Positions 10,221-19,452 of a stretch of 64,000 nucleotides of DNA are shown piece by piece; the first letter of the stretch is position 1; each line of letters starts with the position of its first letter. Source of the DNA: Candidatus Zhuqueibacterota bacterium. Its GTDB lineage: Bacteria > Zhuqueibacterota > Zhuqueibacteria > Thermofontimicrobiales > Thermofontimicrobiaceae. The notes beneath the pieces were generated by a model. The model saw only the letters and a program-made list of their open reading frames with translations. It was not told the DNA's origin and made no database searches. The position numbers were made by a program, and so were the translations under genes. The stretch lies in the NCBI GenBank assembly GCA_034506395.1, contig JAPDPQ010000003.1:230693-294692 (forward strand). The letters are read 5' to 3'.

Positions 10221-11393
10221 TCATTCGATACCATCTGGATGCACAACAATGACCTCAACCCCTTTCTGACTGGCCAAAATTGCAGCGCTGGAGCTTATAT
10301 CAGTATAGACCAAAAAATGTTCCGGAGTTCCGGCCCCGAAGTCCAGTTCGCGTATTGGCAAGCGGGTTAGATTTGTGACAATCATCCCCTGAGTGGGGTG
10401 TCGCAAATGAATTTTTGCCATTGCGTTCAGCCCATGCTGAAGACGAAAAGAATTGAGCGTTTGCACTGACCCCCAAATATAGGGAGGCTTGATTTGATTC
10501 ACCGACTTTCGGATCAATGCCGCCAGCTCAGCCTCAGAAGCGCGCTGCAATTCATCGCGAGAGATCGATGCTGTCGCGAAACATAGGGCACACCCAAAAT
10601 AATTTCTTGGGAATTCGGGGAGCAACCTTCGAATATCGACTGGACAGGTTATGTAGCACCTATTGACATTAGATCCATTAAACCATTGCGGCAAATAGCG
10701 TTTCCATAAGTGCGCCATAATCACATCGTTTTCAGTGCATTGGATTTGACATGTTTGTTTCGCAGCCGCTAATTGTGTTCTAATTTCATCCTCACTGATA
10801 AAAAGGCGCTCCTGATTTTGCTTCGAAGCTTTGGAGTCGCGCCTCGCCGCGCCAAAAAATAAGCCACATCGAGTATATATGTCCTCAGCAGTGAGAGGTT
10901 GTTCAGCCTGACTATTGGGGTTTAGCACCGTCCGATCGAGATGGGGCGATACAATTGGCTCACGCCGATAAATGCGCGCCCAACTGGAGAGGAAATGAAA
11001 ATAGCTGAATCCATCCACCAGCGCGTGAGAGAGGCTGATCGCCAGAACCGAGCGCTGCGGCGTCTGCGTGAGCGTAATTCGCGACATCGGTTCCCCCTCG
11101 ATAGTCTTCACCGGTGCAATGTATTGGTCGATCTGATCCGATGGCGCAAATTCTCGGCGGGACATCACGACATCAAAGCTCAGCCCACCATCGGTCAAGA
11201 AAAACTCCAAATCCGACGCCCGCCTGGCTCTCAATTGACTCTGCAATATCGGAAAATGACCTAACGCCTCAATCAAACTGGCCTGCAAAATCTTCGCGTC
11301 TAATCTTTGAGAATAAACAAACGCAAAGGTGATCGGCTGAGAACCTTCACCTGTAAAGAGATAATCAATTGGACTGAGTTCAATCGCTTCCAT
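10221..11393 (-). CDS. BAHD/condensation-like acyl-CoA-dependent acyltransferase
   Basis: The HxxxD motif 'SHALVDGFS' and the near-C-terminal 'DFGAG' (DFGWG-like) have the spacing typical of the PF02458 transferase family. The likely start is MEAIELSP at 11393; the ORF track extends to 11570. Confidence 0.55.
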   Translation of the reverse strand: MEAIELSPIDYLFTGEGSQPITFAFVYSQRLDAKILQASLIEALGHFPILQSQLRARRASDLEFFLTDGGLSFDVVMSRREFAPSDQIDQYIAPVKTIEGEPMSRITLTQTPQRSVLAISLSHALVDGFSYFHFLSSWARIYRREPIVSPHLDRTVLNPNSQAEQPLTAEDIYTRCGLFFGAARRDSKASKQNQERLFISEDEIRTQLAAAKQTCQIQCTENDVIMAHLWKRYLPQWFNGSNVNRCYITCPVDIRRLLPEFPRNYFGCALCFATASISRDELQRASEAELAALIRKSVNQIKPPYIWGSVQTLNSFRLQHGLNAMAKIHLRHPTQGMIVTNLTRLPIRELDFGAGTPEHFLVYTDISSSAAILASQKGVEVIVVHPDGIE

Positions 11394-11751
11394 AATTGCT
11401 CCGAATTGATACAAATCGCCACACGCTCCGATTTGTGGTCCATTGCCGCTTTTATTATCGATGAAAAATTCAGCCTTTCGGTCCGCCTCAATCACAGGCG
11501 CGTTCCCCCAAGGGATTGCATGGCGAAATCCTGTCATTCTGAGGCACGAAGCACCGAAAAATCTTTTCAATAAGCCCAGACATTCTAAAAAAAAAGAAAT
11601 GAATCTTCGCTCCCCACAGTCGCTCAGAATAAAATTGGAATTTTATTTTGACCTTAAATCACGTTTGCGGGCTTGAAGAGATGACTTGAAATTTAATTCT
11701 TGCAAAAAAAGGCACTCGGTCGAGATGGCCGAACCATAGCCAAGGACAATT

Positions 11752-13305
11752 TTACAGCTCTGGATACCCCGTAATGGCTTTAATTTCTTCATAGAGCGGC
11801 CTGAGGTGCTGATACATTTTTTTATAGACCCGATGATATAGGGCATCGTATATTCGAGCGTGTTCTGGTTTTGGTTCAAAAGCATCACCAATTCTGGTCA
11901 TTTCCCGCACCGCAGTCGCGAAGTCAGGATATACCTTCAATCCGACGGCGCCATCGATTGCCGCTCCCAGTCCTGATGTTTCGTAGACTTTTGATCGGCT
12001 GGCAGGAAGATTAAACACATCGGCAGTGATCTGCATCGCCTGGTCGCTCTGCGAGCCGCCGCCGGAGACGCGCACCTCGGTGATCTTCACCTTGGATCGC
12101 GCCTGAGTCCGCTCTGTCCCTTCGCGCAGCGCATAGACCAATCCCTCCAAAATCGCCCGATACAGATGCGCGCGACCATGAACATCGCCAAATCCGATCA
12201 CCGCTCCTTTGGCTTCAGGTCCAGGAATTTTCACCCCGGGCGCCCAGTACGGCTGCAACATCAATCCCATCGACGCCGCGGGAATGTCGGAGATCAATTG
12301 GTCAAAAAGCGCCTCTGGTGCAACATTATTTTTCGAGGCCAACTCTCTCTCGGGATGACCGAATTGATCTTTGAACCAACTGACCATCCAGAACCCCCGA
12401 AAAATTTGGATCTCGGTATTGTAGGTCTTCGGAATGGCGCTGGGGTACGGCGGAATAAAGGGGATCACTTCAAGGTATCTCGAAGTCATAATCGAGGTTG
12501 TGCAGGTCGTCCCATAGCTGAGGCACGCGATGTTGGGTGTTATGCCGCCGACGCCCAAAATCTCGCATGCTTTGTCCGCTGCCGCTGCGATTAACGGGAT
12601 CCCTTCTGGGATACCAGTGGCTTTGGCCGCCAATTTCGAGATTTGGCCCAGCTCTTGTGCCGGCTCGACCAACTCTGGCAACTTCTCTAACTCGATGGGA
12701 AAGAGTCGCCGATTTAAATGCCCTTTATCAGCCCATTTCATCTTTCGATAATCAAATGGCACATAACCCACCTGACATCCCACGGAGTCACGATACTCGC
12801 CGATCAATTTATAAGTCAAATAGCCCGACAGAAACAGGTACTTATGCGTTCGTTCCCAAATCTCTGGCTGATGTTTCATGATCCAATTGGCCTCGCATTC
12901 TGAATGGGCAAATTGGACCGCGTAATCCATTTTTACCAAATGATAGACAAAATTAGCCAGCGGCCCGACCACTCGCTGCCGATCGATGCGCCGTTGATCC
13001 AACCAGTGGATTGCTGGACGCAACGGCTGGCCATCTTTATCCACATTAATTAGCGTGCTGCGTTGCGTGGTGAGGGTCACGCCCTTGATCTCTGGTCGCT
13101 TGCGACCACAGAGTTTCCATAATTGGCGACACGCGGCGCAGAGTTGATCCCAGTAATATTCGGCATCCTGTTCAGCCCAGCCAGGCCGCGGCGATTTGTA
13201 CGGCTCGATTTCTATTTTCGACTTGAAGACCAGATTCCCATGAAAATCAAATAACATCGCGCGGACGCTTTGCGTACCACAGTCGATCGCCAGTATTGTT
13301 TCCAT
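11752..13305 (-). CDS. FGGY-family carbohydrate/polyol kinase (not a typical GlpK)
   Basis: The N-terminal 'ILAIDCGTQSVRAMLFD' and C-terminal 'VRVSGGGSQSD' are ATPase-fold motifs of FGGY kinases. Confidence 0.8.
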   Translation of the reverse strand: METILAIDCGTQSVRAMLFDFHGNLVFKSKIEIEPYKSPRPGWAEQDAEYYWDQLCAACRQLWKLCGRKRPEIKGVTLTTQRSTLINVDKDGQPLRPAIHWLDQRRIDRQRVVGPLANFVYHLVKMDYAVQFAHSECEANWIMKHQPEIWERTHKYLFLSGYLTYKLIGEYRDSVGCQVGYVPFDYRKMKWADKGHLNRRLFPIELEKLPELVEPAQELGQISKLAAKATGIPEGIPLIAAAADKACEILGVGGITPNIACLSYGTTCTTSIMTSRYLEVIPFIPPYPSAIPKTYNTEIQIFRGFWMVSWFKDQFGHPERELASKNNVAPEALFDQLISDIPAASMGLMLQPYWAPGVKIPGPEAKGAVIGFGDVHGRAHLYRAILEGLVYALREGTERTQARSKVKITEVRVSGGGSQSDQAMQITADVFNLPASRSKVYETSGLGAAIDGAVGLKVYPDFATAVREMTRIGDAFEPKPEHARIYDALYHRVYKKMYQHLRPLYEEIKAITGYPEL

Positions 13306-13405
13306 CAGACACTCACAATATTATCGATTTTGTTTATCAATAACAAACCCCTCATGTAGAAGCGATTTGAATTAAGGCCAATTGAGATTATCATGGGCAT
13401 GAACG

Positions 13406-14869
13406 TTATTTGAGCATCGCCTGGCGCAATGCTTTCTGCCACCCGCTGAGTAATTGCTCACGTTGTTCATTGGACATTGCTGGTCGGAATTCACGATCGA
13501 TCATCTTCAGTTGGGATAGTTCCTCGCTGCTTTCCCACATACCAACCTTTAATCCTGCCATAAAAGCGACCCCCAGCGATGTCGATTCAATGATGGCTGG
13601 ACGGACTACGGGCATATTCAGGATATCGGCTTGAAACTGAAGCAAAAAATTGTTATCAACGGCTCCACCATCTACGGCTAACTTCTCAGCCATCATGCCC
13701 GTTTCGGCCGCCATCGCGGTCAGCACATCATAGCTCTGATAGGCCATTGCCTCCAACGCTGCGCGAACGATGTGATTGCGATTGGCGCCGCGGGTCAAAC
13801 CGACAATCACCCCCCTCGCTTGCATATCCCAATGTGGAGCGCCCAACCCCACAAAAGCGGGAACCATATAAACCCCCGCATTGTCCGGAACCGCGAGTGC
13901 CGCGGCTTCGCTCTCTTTCGATGTCTGGATGATCCGCAACTCATCCCTTAGCCATTGGATCGCCGCCCCAGCGATGAATACCGAGCCCTCCAACGCGTAA
14001 CATGGCGAACCATCCCCCGCTACGGCCAGGGTAGTTAACATGCCCTTATTCGAAAAAATCGCCTCATCCCCAGTGTTCATCAGCAGGAAACAGCCCGTCC
14101 CGTAAGTGTTTTTGATTTGTCCCGGTGAAAAACAGGCCTGCCCGAAGAGCGCTGCCTGCTGATCCCCAGCTACCCCATAGATCGGCACACCAACCAGCGG
14201 ACCGATCGCTGTCACTCGACCGTAATCATCAATGGACCGTCTCACCGCCGGTAAAATGTGGAGCGGAATGTTCAACAATTGACACAATTCCTCGTCCCAT
14301 CGTTTTTCGATAATGTTGAAGATCATGGTCCTGGAGGCATTGGTATAGTCGGTCGCATGAACCTGACCATCGGTTAATTTCCAGATCAACCAGCTATCGA
14401 TCGTCCCGAACAGCAGATCTTCAATTCGATGCCCAGCCGCATGCTCCAACAACCATTTGATTTTCGTTCCGCTGAAATATGCATCGACAGGAAGACCTGT
14501 TTTGCGCCGAACCAGCTCTTCTTTCGGTTTCAATCGCTCACAAACATCCGCAGTACGCCGGCATTGCCAAACAATTGCATGATGGATCGGTTGTCCTGTG
14601 GTCCGATCCCAGATCACTGTCGTTTCGCGCTGATTGGTGATCCCAATCGCAGCAATTCCGCCGGTGTTTCGAGCACATAATTCCTGAACAGTATCGATGA
14701 CCGTCTGCCAGATCTCCATTGCATCATGCTCAACCCAACCTGGCTTGGGATAAATCTGCCGAAATGACCGATCCGATTTATCCACCATTCGCCCCTTTTC
14801 ATCATATAACACTGCCCGCGTCCCGGTCGTCCCCTGATCAATTGCTAAAATATACATCCAAACCCTCAC
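13406..14869 (-). CDS. glpK: Glycerol kinase
   Basis: 'YILAIDQGTTGTRAVLYD', 'GITNQRETTVIWD', 'AGDQQAALFGQ' and 'VDGGAVDNNFLLQFQADIL' are visible. An alternative start lies at 14857. Confidence 0.9.
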   Translation of the reverse strand: MRVWMYILAIDQGTTGTRAVLYDEKGRMVDKSDRSFRQIYPKPGWVEHDAMEIWQTVIDTVQELCARNTGGIAAIGITNQRETTVIWDRTTGQPIHHAIVWQCRRTADVCERLKPKEELVRRKTGLPVDAYFSGTKIKWLLEHAAGHRIEDLLFGTIDSWLIWKLTDGQVHATDYTNASRTMIFNIIEKRWDEELCQLLNIPLHILPAVRRSIDDYGRVTAIGPLVGVPIYGVAGDQQAALFGQACFSPGQIKNTYGTGCFLLMNTGDEAIFSNKGMLTTLAVAGDGSPCYALEGSVFIAGAAIQWLRDELRIIQTSKESEAAALAVPDNAGVYMVPAFVGLGAPHWDMQARGVIVGLTRGANRNHIVRAALEAMAYQSYDVLTAMAAETGMMAEKLAVDGGAVDNNFLLQFQADILNMPVVRPAIIESTSLGVAFMAGLKVGMWESSEELSQLKMIDREFRPAMSNEQREQLLSGWQKALRQAMLK

Positions 14870-14924
14870 AATTTATTCCGTCAATCCTCCATCAGCCGTT
14901 CTCTCGCTACTCCGCTCCTTCCCC

Positions 14925-14997
14925 ACTGATCACTGATCACTGATTACTGATCACTGATTACTGATCACTGATTACTGATCACTGATCACTGATTACT
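14925..14997. repeat. Heptanucleotide tandem array (ACTGATC/ACTGATT), about 10.5 units
   Basis: Direct reading gives ACTGATC ACTGATC ACTGATT ACTGATC ACTGATT and so on. The array lies between the stop of 15010..15855 and the glpK start, 55 bp upstream of glpK. Every ACTGATC unit carries a GATC. Confidence 0.9.
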
Positions 14998-15009
14998 GCT
15001 CCCTACTCA

Positions 15010-15855
15010 TTAGCACCTTTTTTCGATCCAGCTCGCAATATCATTCAGGACTTTTTCTTTCTCTGGCTCGTTCATCACTTCATGATAAAATCCTTCGTAA
15101 AGCTTCAATTCCTTATCGCTGGACTGCGCCCGCTCGTACAATTGCTTGCTACCAGTTATATCTGCCAGACGATCGGCCGTTCCGTGAAGGATCAATAACG
15201 GCAATTGGATCGCTTCCATCTGTCGCTGAATGAGTTGGGTGGCCCGATTGATCTCAGCCCCGGTTCTAGCCCGAATACCACCGCGATAGTTCAACGGATC
15301 GGTGTCATACTTATGAACCACCTCTGGATCTCGCGAAATGGCACTGCTATCTAATTTAATGGTCGGGAGATTTGGCAGCAATTTGCCGATAATTGCCGAT
15401 AGTTTGATTAACACCGGTGATATATCATCGCTGATTTTCAAGGCTGGGGCGCTCAGGATCAGACCACGAATGGCTGGTTGTCGACTTACTACCAACAGGC
15501 TGGCGATAAGTCCTCCCATACTATGACCCAATACAAAGATCGGCAACCCGGAGTAGCGCTGCATCAGCCGCTGCAACATCAAATGTGCATCCGCAATATA
15601 ATCATCAAAGCGCTTCACATACGTTTTGCTTCCAGGACTTGATGACTGGCCATGACCTCGAAGATCGAAGCCCTCTACTGCAATCCCACGTCCCGCGAGA
15701 AACTCGCCCACATGAACATACCGGCCACTGTGCTCGGCCAGTCCGTGAACGATCATCGTCACTGCTTTCGTCTCCACTCCATCTGGCCGCCAACTTCGGG
15801 TGAATAACGTCAAACCATCTTCGCTCTGCAAACGACCCTCGGCATATTGTGACAT
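15010..15855 (-). CDS. Alpha/beta hydrolase, monoacylglycerol lipase / lysophospholipase-like
   Basis: 'VHGLAEHSGRY' and the nucleophile elbow 'GHSMGG' are present, with Asp and His candidates at 'GTADRL' and 'YHEV'. The gene is adjacent to glpK. Confidence 0.75.
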   Translation of the reverse strand: MSQYAEGRLQSEDGLTLFTRSWRPDGVETKAVTMIVHGLAEHSGRYVHVGEFLAGRGIAVEGFDLRGHGQSSSPGSKTYVKRFDDYIADAHLMLQRLMQRYSGLPIFVLGHSMGGLIASLLVVSRQPAIRGLILSAPALKISDDISPVLIKLSAIIGKLLPNLPTIKLDSSAISRDPEVVHKYDTDPLNYRGGIRARTGAEINRATQLIQRQMEAIQLPLLILHGTADRLADITGSKQLYERAQSSDKELKLYEGFYHEVMNEPEKEKVLNDIASWIEKRC

Positions 15856-16439
15856 TCTTCTCCTCCCTCATTTCACTTCGATACGAAAAATCGCTGCGTG
15901 CAAGCAACGTCGGTTCACCGAACAATGACCCTTCTTAATCAGGCAAAACAAATCTGATCCCCAATGCATCAGAAGAAACCACCAGACCGAAATGATTCCT
16001 CGATCGACTTTCCGAAAATCAAAATCTTTTTCATCCATTGACATTTTGTATTGTAATTTGCCGCTAATATAGCAAAAAGAGCTAAGATTGTCAAGCAGGA
16101 AAATTCCAATATCATGCAGAAATAACTTAGAGATCCTCGTAGCTGATCTCAGTCGCCCCGATCGCTCATATTGTCCGTGAGTTCAAATATTACGTGCAAC
16201 TGTTAGAGGCAATGAACATCCATCTCAATTAATACTCCGACTTAATTGAGTTGCGAGCCGAAACAAAACCGAACTAACAGGAGCACTGGATGGGCTATAA
16301 ATAGTAGACTTTTGAACAACGAGTTGAGACTCAGGCCTATCTTAGAAATTGGTTTAGAATTTTGCCAAGTTATTCCCCACATCAGACTGCTTCTCTGGAA
16401 CTCAAACATTCCACAGGCTTGAAAGGTTATCGTTCTCAT

Positions 16440-17215
16440 TAAGCCCAGCTGCGGGTGGCAGCGCGTTGCTTCATGACAGCGTAAACCGTTCGTTTCACTG
16501 ACGCCGCCAATGAACGAGTGGTGTTTTATCTAAGCAAAGACTGGAGTCCCCTGCAAAACTCGGGTTATTTGGAACTGCAAGAAAATATTCACATCAGTCA
16601 CAACACCATTTATCAGCATATCTGGGCTGATAAACGAGCGGGAGGCGCGCTGTATCCTCGTTTGCGCTGGTCGCACAAAAAGAAACCCAAGCGCTACAGC
16701 AACTGAGACCGACGCAGACAAATCCCCAATCGGATTAGCATTGAGCAACGTCCCGCTGTGGTGGATCAAAAGCTTCGACAGTGTGATTGGGAGCTGGACA
16801 CCATCATCGGTGCCAATCATCACTGCGCCATGGTGTCCGCTCTCGAGCGCAAGTCACAATTCATTTGCCTCAAACTGGTGACACATAAAACCGCCGAGTT
16901 AGTGACTGCCGCCATTATCGATAAGCTGGCTGGCCTCAAGCATAAGGTGCATACCTTAACCGTCGATAATGGGAAAGAGTTTGCTTTACATCACCAATTG
17001 GCAACCGCATTGGAGGCGTCGGTATATTTCGCCCATCCTTATCGTTCTTAGGAACGCGGCCTGAATGAAAACATCAATGGTCCCATTCGACATTTTTTTA
17101 CAACGAACCATGATTTTTTGATCGATCACCGAACAAGACATTTTCTTTGTTGAAAATCGACCGAATAATCGACTCAGAAAATCATTCAATTTCAAAGCAA
17201 CCAATGAAATTTTTT
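16440..17215 (+). pseudogene. Decayed IS30-family transposase (5'-truncated, in-frame stops, frameshift)
   Basis: Pieces read 'WSPLQNSGYL...ISHNTIYQHIW', stop, 'RPAVVDQKLRQCDWELDTIIG...LTVDNGKEFALH...YFAHPYRS', stop, 'ERGLNENINGPIRHF', then after a frameshift '...RLRKSFNFKATNEIF'. These match IS30 blocks (wSPeqI, sheTIYryI, GhWEgD, DNGkEF, PYxswqRGxNEN, PRKxLxfxTPxExF). Confidence 0.75.
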
Positions 17216-17265
17216 AATTCATCGGTTGCTCTTGGGACTTGAATCCACCTAGTATAAAAAAAGAG

Positions 17266-17294
17266 TTGACATTCAACTCAACATTTTGTATATT
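17266..17294 (+). promoter_or_regulatory. Sigma70-type promoter of the XRE-led module
   Basis: The elements are TTGACA (17266-71), a 17-nt spacer and TATATT (17289-94), about 50 nt upstream of the ATG at 17345. A GTTGA-N8-TCAAC dyad overlaps the -35. Confidence 0.5.
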
Positions 17295-17344
17295 TAACGT
17301 CGCTTGATGAAATTTTAATTAACTGATCCATCGGGGGGCACCGC

Positions 17345-17686
17345 ATGAATCAGACATTTGGAGAACTGTTACGAAGCATCCGCCGATCGAAGGGAATGAG
17401 CCAGCGGGAGTTGGCCGATCGGATTGCTGTCGATTTTTCCTACATCAGCAAATTGGAGAACGACCGCATTCCGCCGCCAGCCGCTGATACCATCGTCAAA
17501 ATATGCCAGGTATTGGGAGTCCAACCAGAATTGCTGCTCTCCCTGACGGGAAAACTTCCCAGCGAGATCAAAGAGCTAATCGGTTCCAACCCCAAAGCGC
17601 TGGAGTTTCTCCGAAAAGCCCATGCGATGAATCTCGATGAAAAAGACTGGGATGAATTGCATGCCAAACTTGCCTCGCTGCGTTAG
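17345..17686 (+). CDS. XRE-family helix-turn-helix transcriptional regulator
   Basis: 'FGELLRSIRRSKGMSQRELADRIAVDFSYISKLENDR' is a classic HTH_3/Cro-CI motif. Confidence 0.85.
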   Translation: MNQTFGELLRSIRRSKGMSQRELADRIAVDFSYISKLENDRIPPPAADTIVKICQVLGVQPELLLSLTGKLPSEIKELIGSNPKALEFLRKAHAMNLDEKDWDELHAKLASLR

Positions 17687-17813
17687 CATCAGCGGTTGGC
17701 CGATCCAATGGTAAGCCACCCAGAACCGTCCAGGTTTGGCATTTATTATTTCGTCCTTGACCAGCTACAACGCCAGTCGGGACAAATAAGAATGTTCACT
17801 ATTGAGGTGGATC

Positions 17814-18260
17814 ATGAGTGATCATTGGATTTCGTATCAGAGTTTTGTTAAGAATCAGCAACTGCTGGAAGCCATCAACACCCTATCGATACATACGAAA
17901 TTGAAATTAGCTGGCGATGCCGACAGTGGACGATCCCAAGAGGTCGAACAAGCAAAACAGCAAATCGCTCATTTCATCACGACGTTTGATCAATTGATCC
18001 AAAAAAATAATGATGATCAAACACTTCATGGCGCCGACGAGCGATTGCGACAACTGCTGCAAGATTTCTATTCAGCCAGAAGGGACAATCAGAAATTTCG
18101 TTCTCAGTTCTTTACGAAATCACCATCTCAAATTCTCAAGCTGATGGCTTCAGATAAAACTGAAGATGAAGAAGCCCTGGTCGAATGCTTAAGAGAGCTA
18201 AGGTTGTTGATCGAGCAACATGTTCATGCTGATACCACTGCCATCCTGGGGGAATTTTAA
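17814..18260 (+). CDS. Hypothetical all-helical acidic protein
   Basis: ATG at 17814 has GAGGTGG 4 nt upstream. There are no recognisable motifs. Its stop (TAA) shares a base with the ATG of the next gene at 18260. Confidence 0.55.
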   Translation: MSDHWISYQSFVKNQQLLEAINTLSIHTKLKLAGDADSGRSQEVEQAKQQIAHFITTFDQLIQKNNDDQTLHGADERLRQLLQDFYSARRDNQKFRSQFFTKSPSQILKLMASDKTEDEEALVECLRELRLLIEQHVHADTTAILGEF

Positions 18261-19426
18261 TGCGGGAGATACTGGAGCAAGCCAATTTAGCCCTGTTAGC
18301 CGAAATCGATTTACTGATCGCTGCTTTGCCCGATAAAAGTTCGATCGCTCCGGAATTAGCCACCTATTATGACCAAATTGAAGCCTCATGTCAGTGCTTG
18401 CGCCAGAAAGTGCGTCAGTCATTGAAAGATTTAAGCAGGGGAAAAGACAATATCCTCGTCGATATTCTCAGCAATACCCAGACTCACACCCGTGAATTTC
18501 ATCTCTATAATTATCGCTTGGTCACGCCATTGCGGCGCTATCGTGAGTCGGATTTGCTCTGCTTGAAACTGATCCACTGGCTACATCAGATGCATCCGAA
18601 GACCCGTATGATACCTGGCGCTTTTTGCGATGGCGATATTGGGATTTATCCCTCCATAGGCTATCCCATCACTTATTTCATGCCAACGTCTGCGCAGTAC
18701 GGTTTGCTCTATTTGCCGCTGTTCTTTCATGAATTCGGCCATCTGCTCTACGCCTGTCATGAACCTGAGATGAACCAATTGGTATTTGACTTGCAAAATG
18801 AAATTGATTCTATCATCAAGCAGGAGATGGTCAATCAAGGGGCCAAAGGTCCTAAAAATGCCCAAAAGCGCAAAGTAATTGTCCAAACCTGGTTCACCTG
18901 GACCCAGGAACTTTTCTGCGATGCGGTGGGATTTCAGATCGGGGGACTGAGTTATATTTACGCTTTTTCGATGTATCTGAAGATGTGGGGCATCGATCGG
19001 TTTCATCTCCCCATTGAACGATTGACCACAAGCACCCATCCACTCACTTGGTTTCGCATCAAATTTTTGGCGGAATTTCTCCAAGCCGCTGGCAATGAGA
19101 AGGTTGCGGAATGGCTGACCGCAGAGTGGCAGGCGATCGCCGATGCTCTTGCTGTGAACGAGGATTATTTTGGCTTTTATCAGGACGATTTTAAACCGCC
19201 AATTATGGAAACGCTGCGCAGTATGCTGGAAGAAGCTGCGCCGCTCCTCTACAGCCAACACGAATTTGATGCATACCAGCCGTGCCCATCCCCGATTGAT
19301 GTGTTGAATTGGGCCTGGCAAAAATTTTATGAAGACCCCAATGGCTATCCGCAATGGGAAAAGCAAGCAGTTTCGACTTTTCTCAGCACGTTTGATGCGG
19401 TATACCATCCCACCGCCGCAAAATGA
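18260..19426 (+). CDS. Putative gluzincin-type zinc metallopeptidase-like protein (HEFGH)
   Basis: 'LPLFFHEFGHLLY' gives HExxH in an M3-like sequence context. A downstream 'TQELFCDAVG' is a candidate third-ligand Glu helix. The gene is translationally coupled to the upstream gene. Confidence 0.6.
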   Translation: MREILEQANLALLAEIDLLIAALPDKSSIAPELATYYDQIEASCQCLRQKVRQSLKDLSRGKDNILVDILSNTQTHTREFHLYNYRLVTPLRRYRESDLLCLKLIHWLHQMHPKTRMIPGAFCDGDIGIYPSIGYPITYFMPTSAQYGLLYLPLFFHEFGHLLYACHEPEMNQLVFDLQNEIDSIIKQEMVNQGAKGPKNAQKRKVIVQTWFTWTQELFCDAVGFQIGGLSYIYAFSMYLKMWGIDRFHLPIERLTTSTHPLTWFRIKFLAEFLQAAGNEKVAEWLTAEWQAIADALAVNEDYFGFYQDDFKPPIMETLRSMLEEAAPLLYSQHEFDAYQPCPSPIDVLNWAWQKFYEDPNGYPQWEKQAVSTFLSTFDAVYHPTAAK

Positions 19427-19452
19427 CCTCAGAATGATTGGGCAGCAAATTT

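Noticed and set aside
14925-14997. Possible CRISPR array (also considered for 19453-19676 and 43561-43616)
   Set aside because: The units are 7 bp and contiguous with no spacers. The 105-110-bp units occur only twice and have no unique spacers of regular length. No cas genes are present.
18581-19408. 275-aa minus-strand ORF
   Set aside because: It lies entirely antisense to the HEFGH gene. It is Arg/Lys/Phe-rich and low in complexity, with no motif. The plus-strand gene has a motif and is translationally coupled to its upstream partner.
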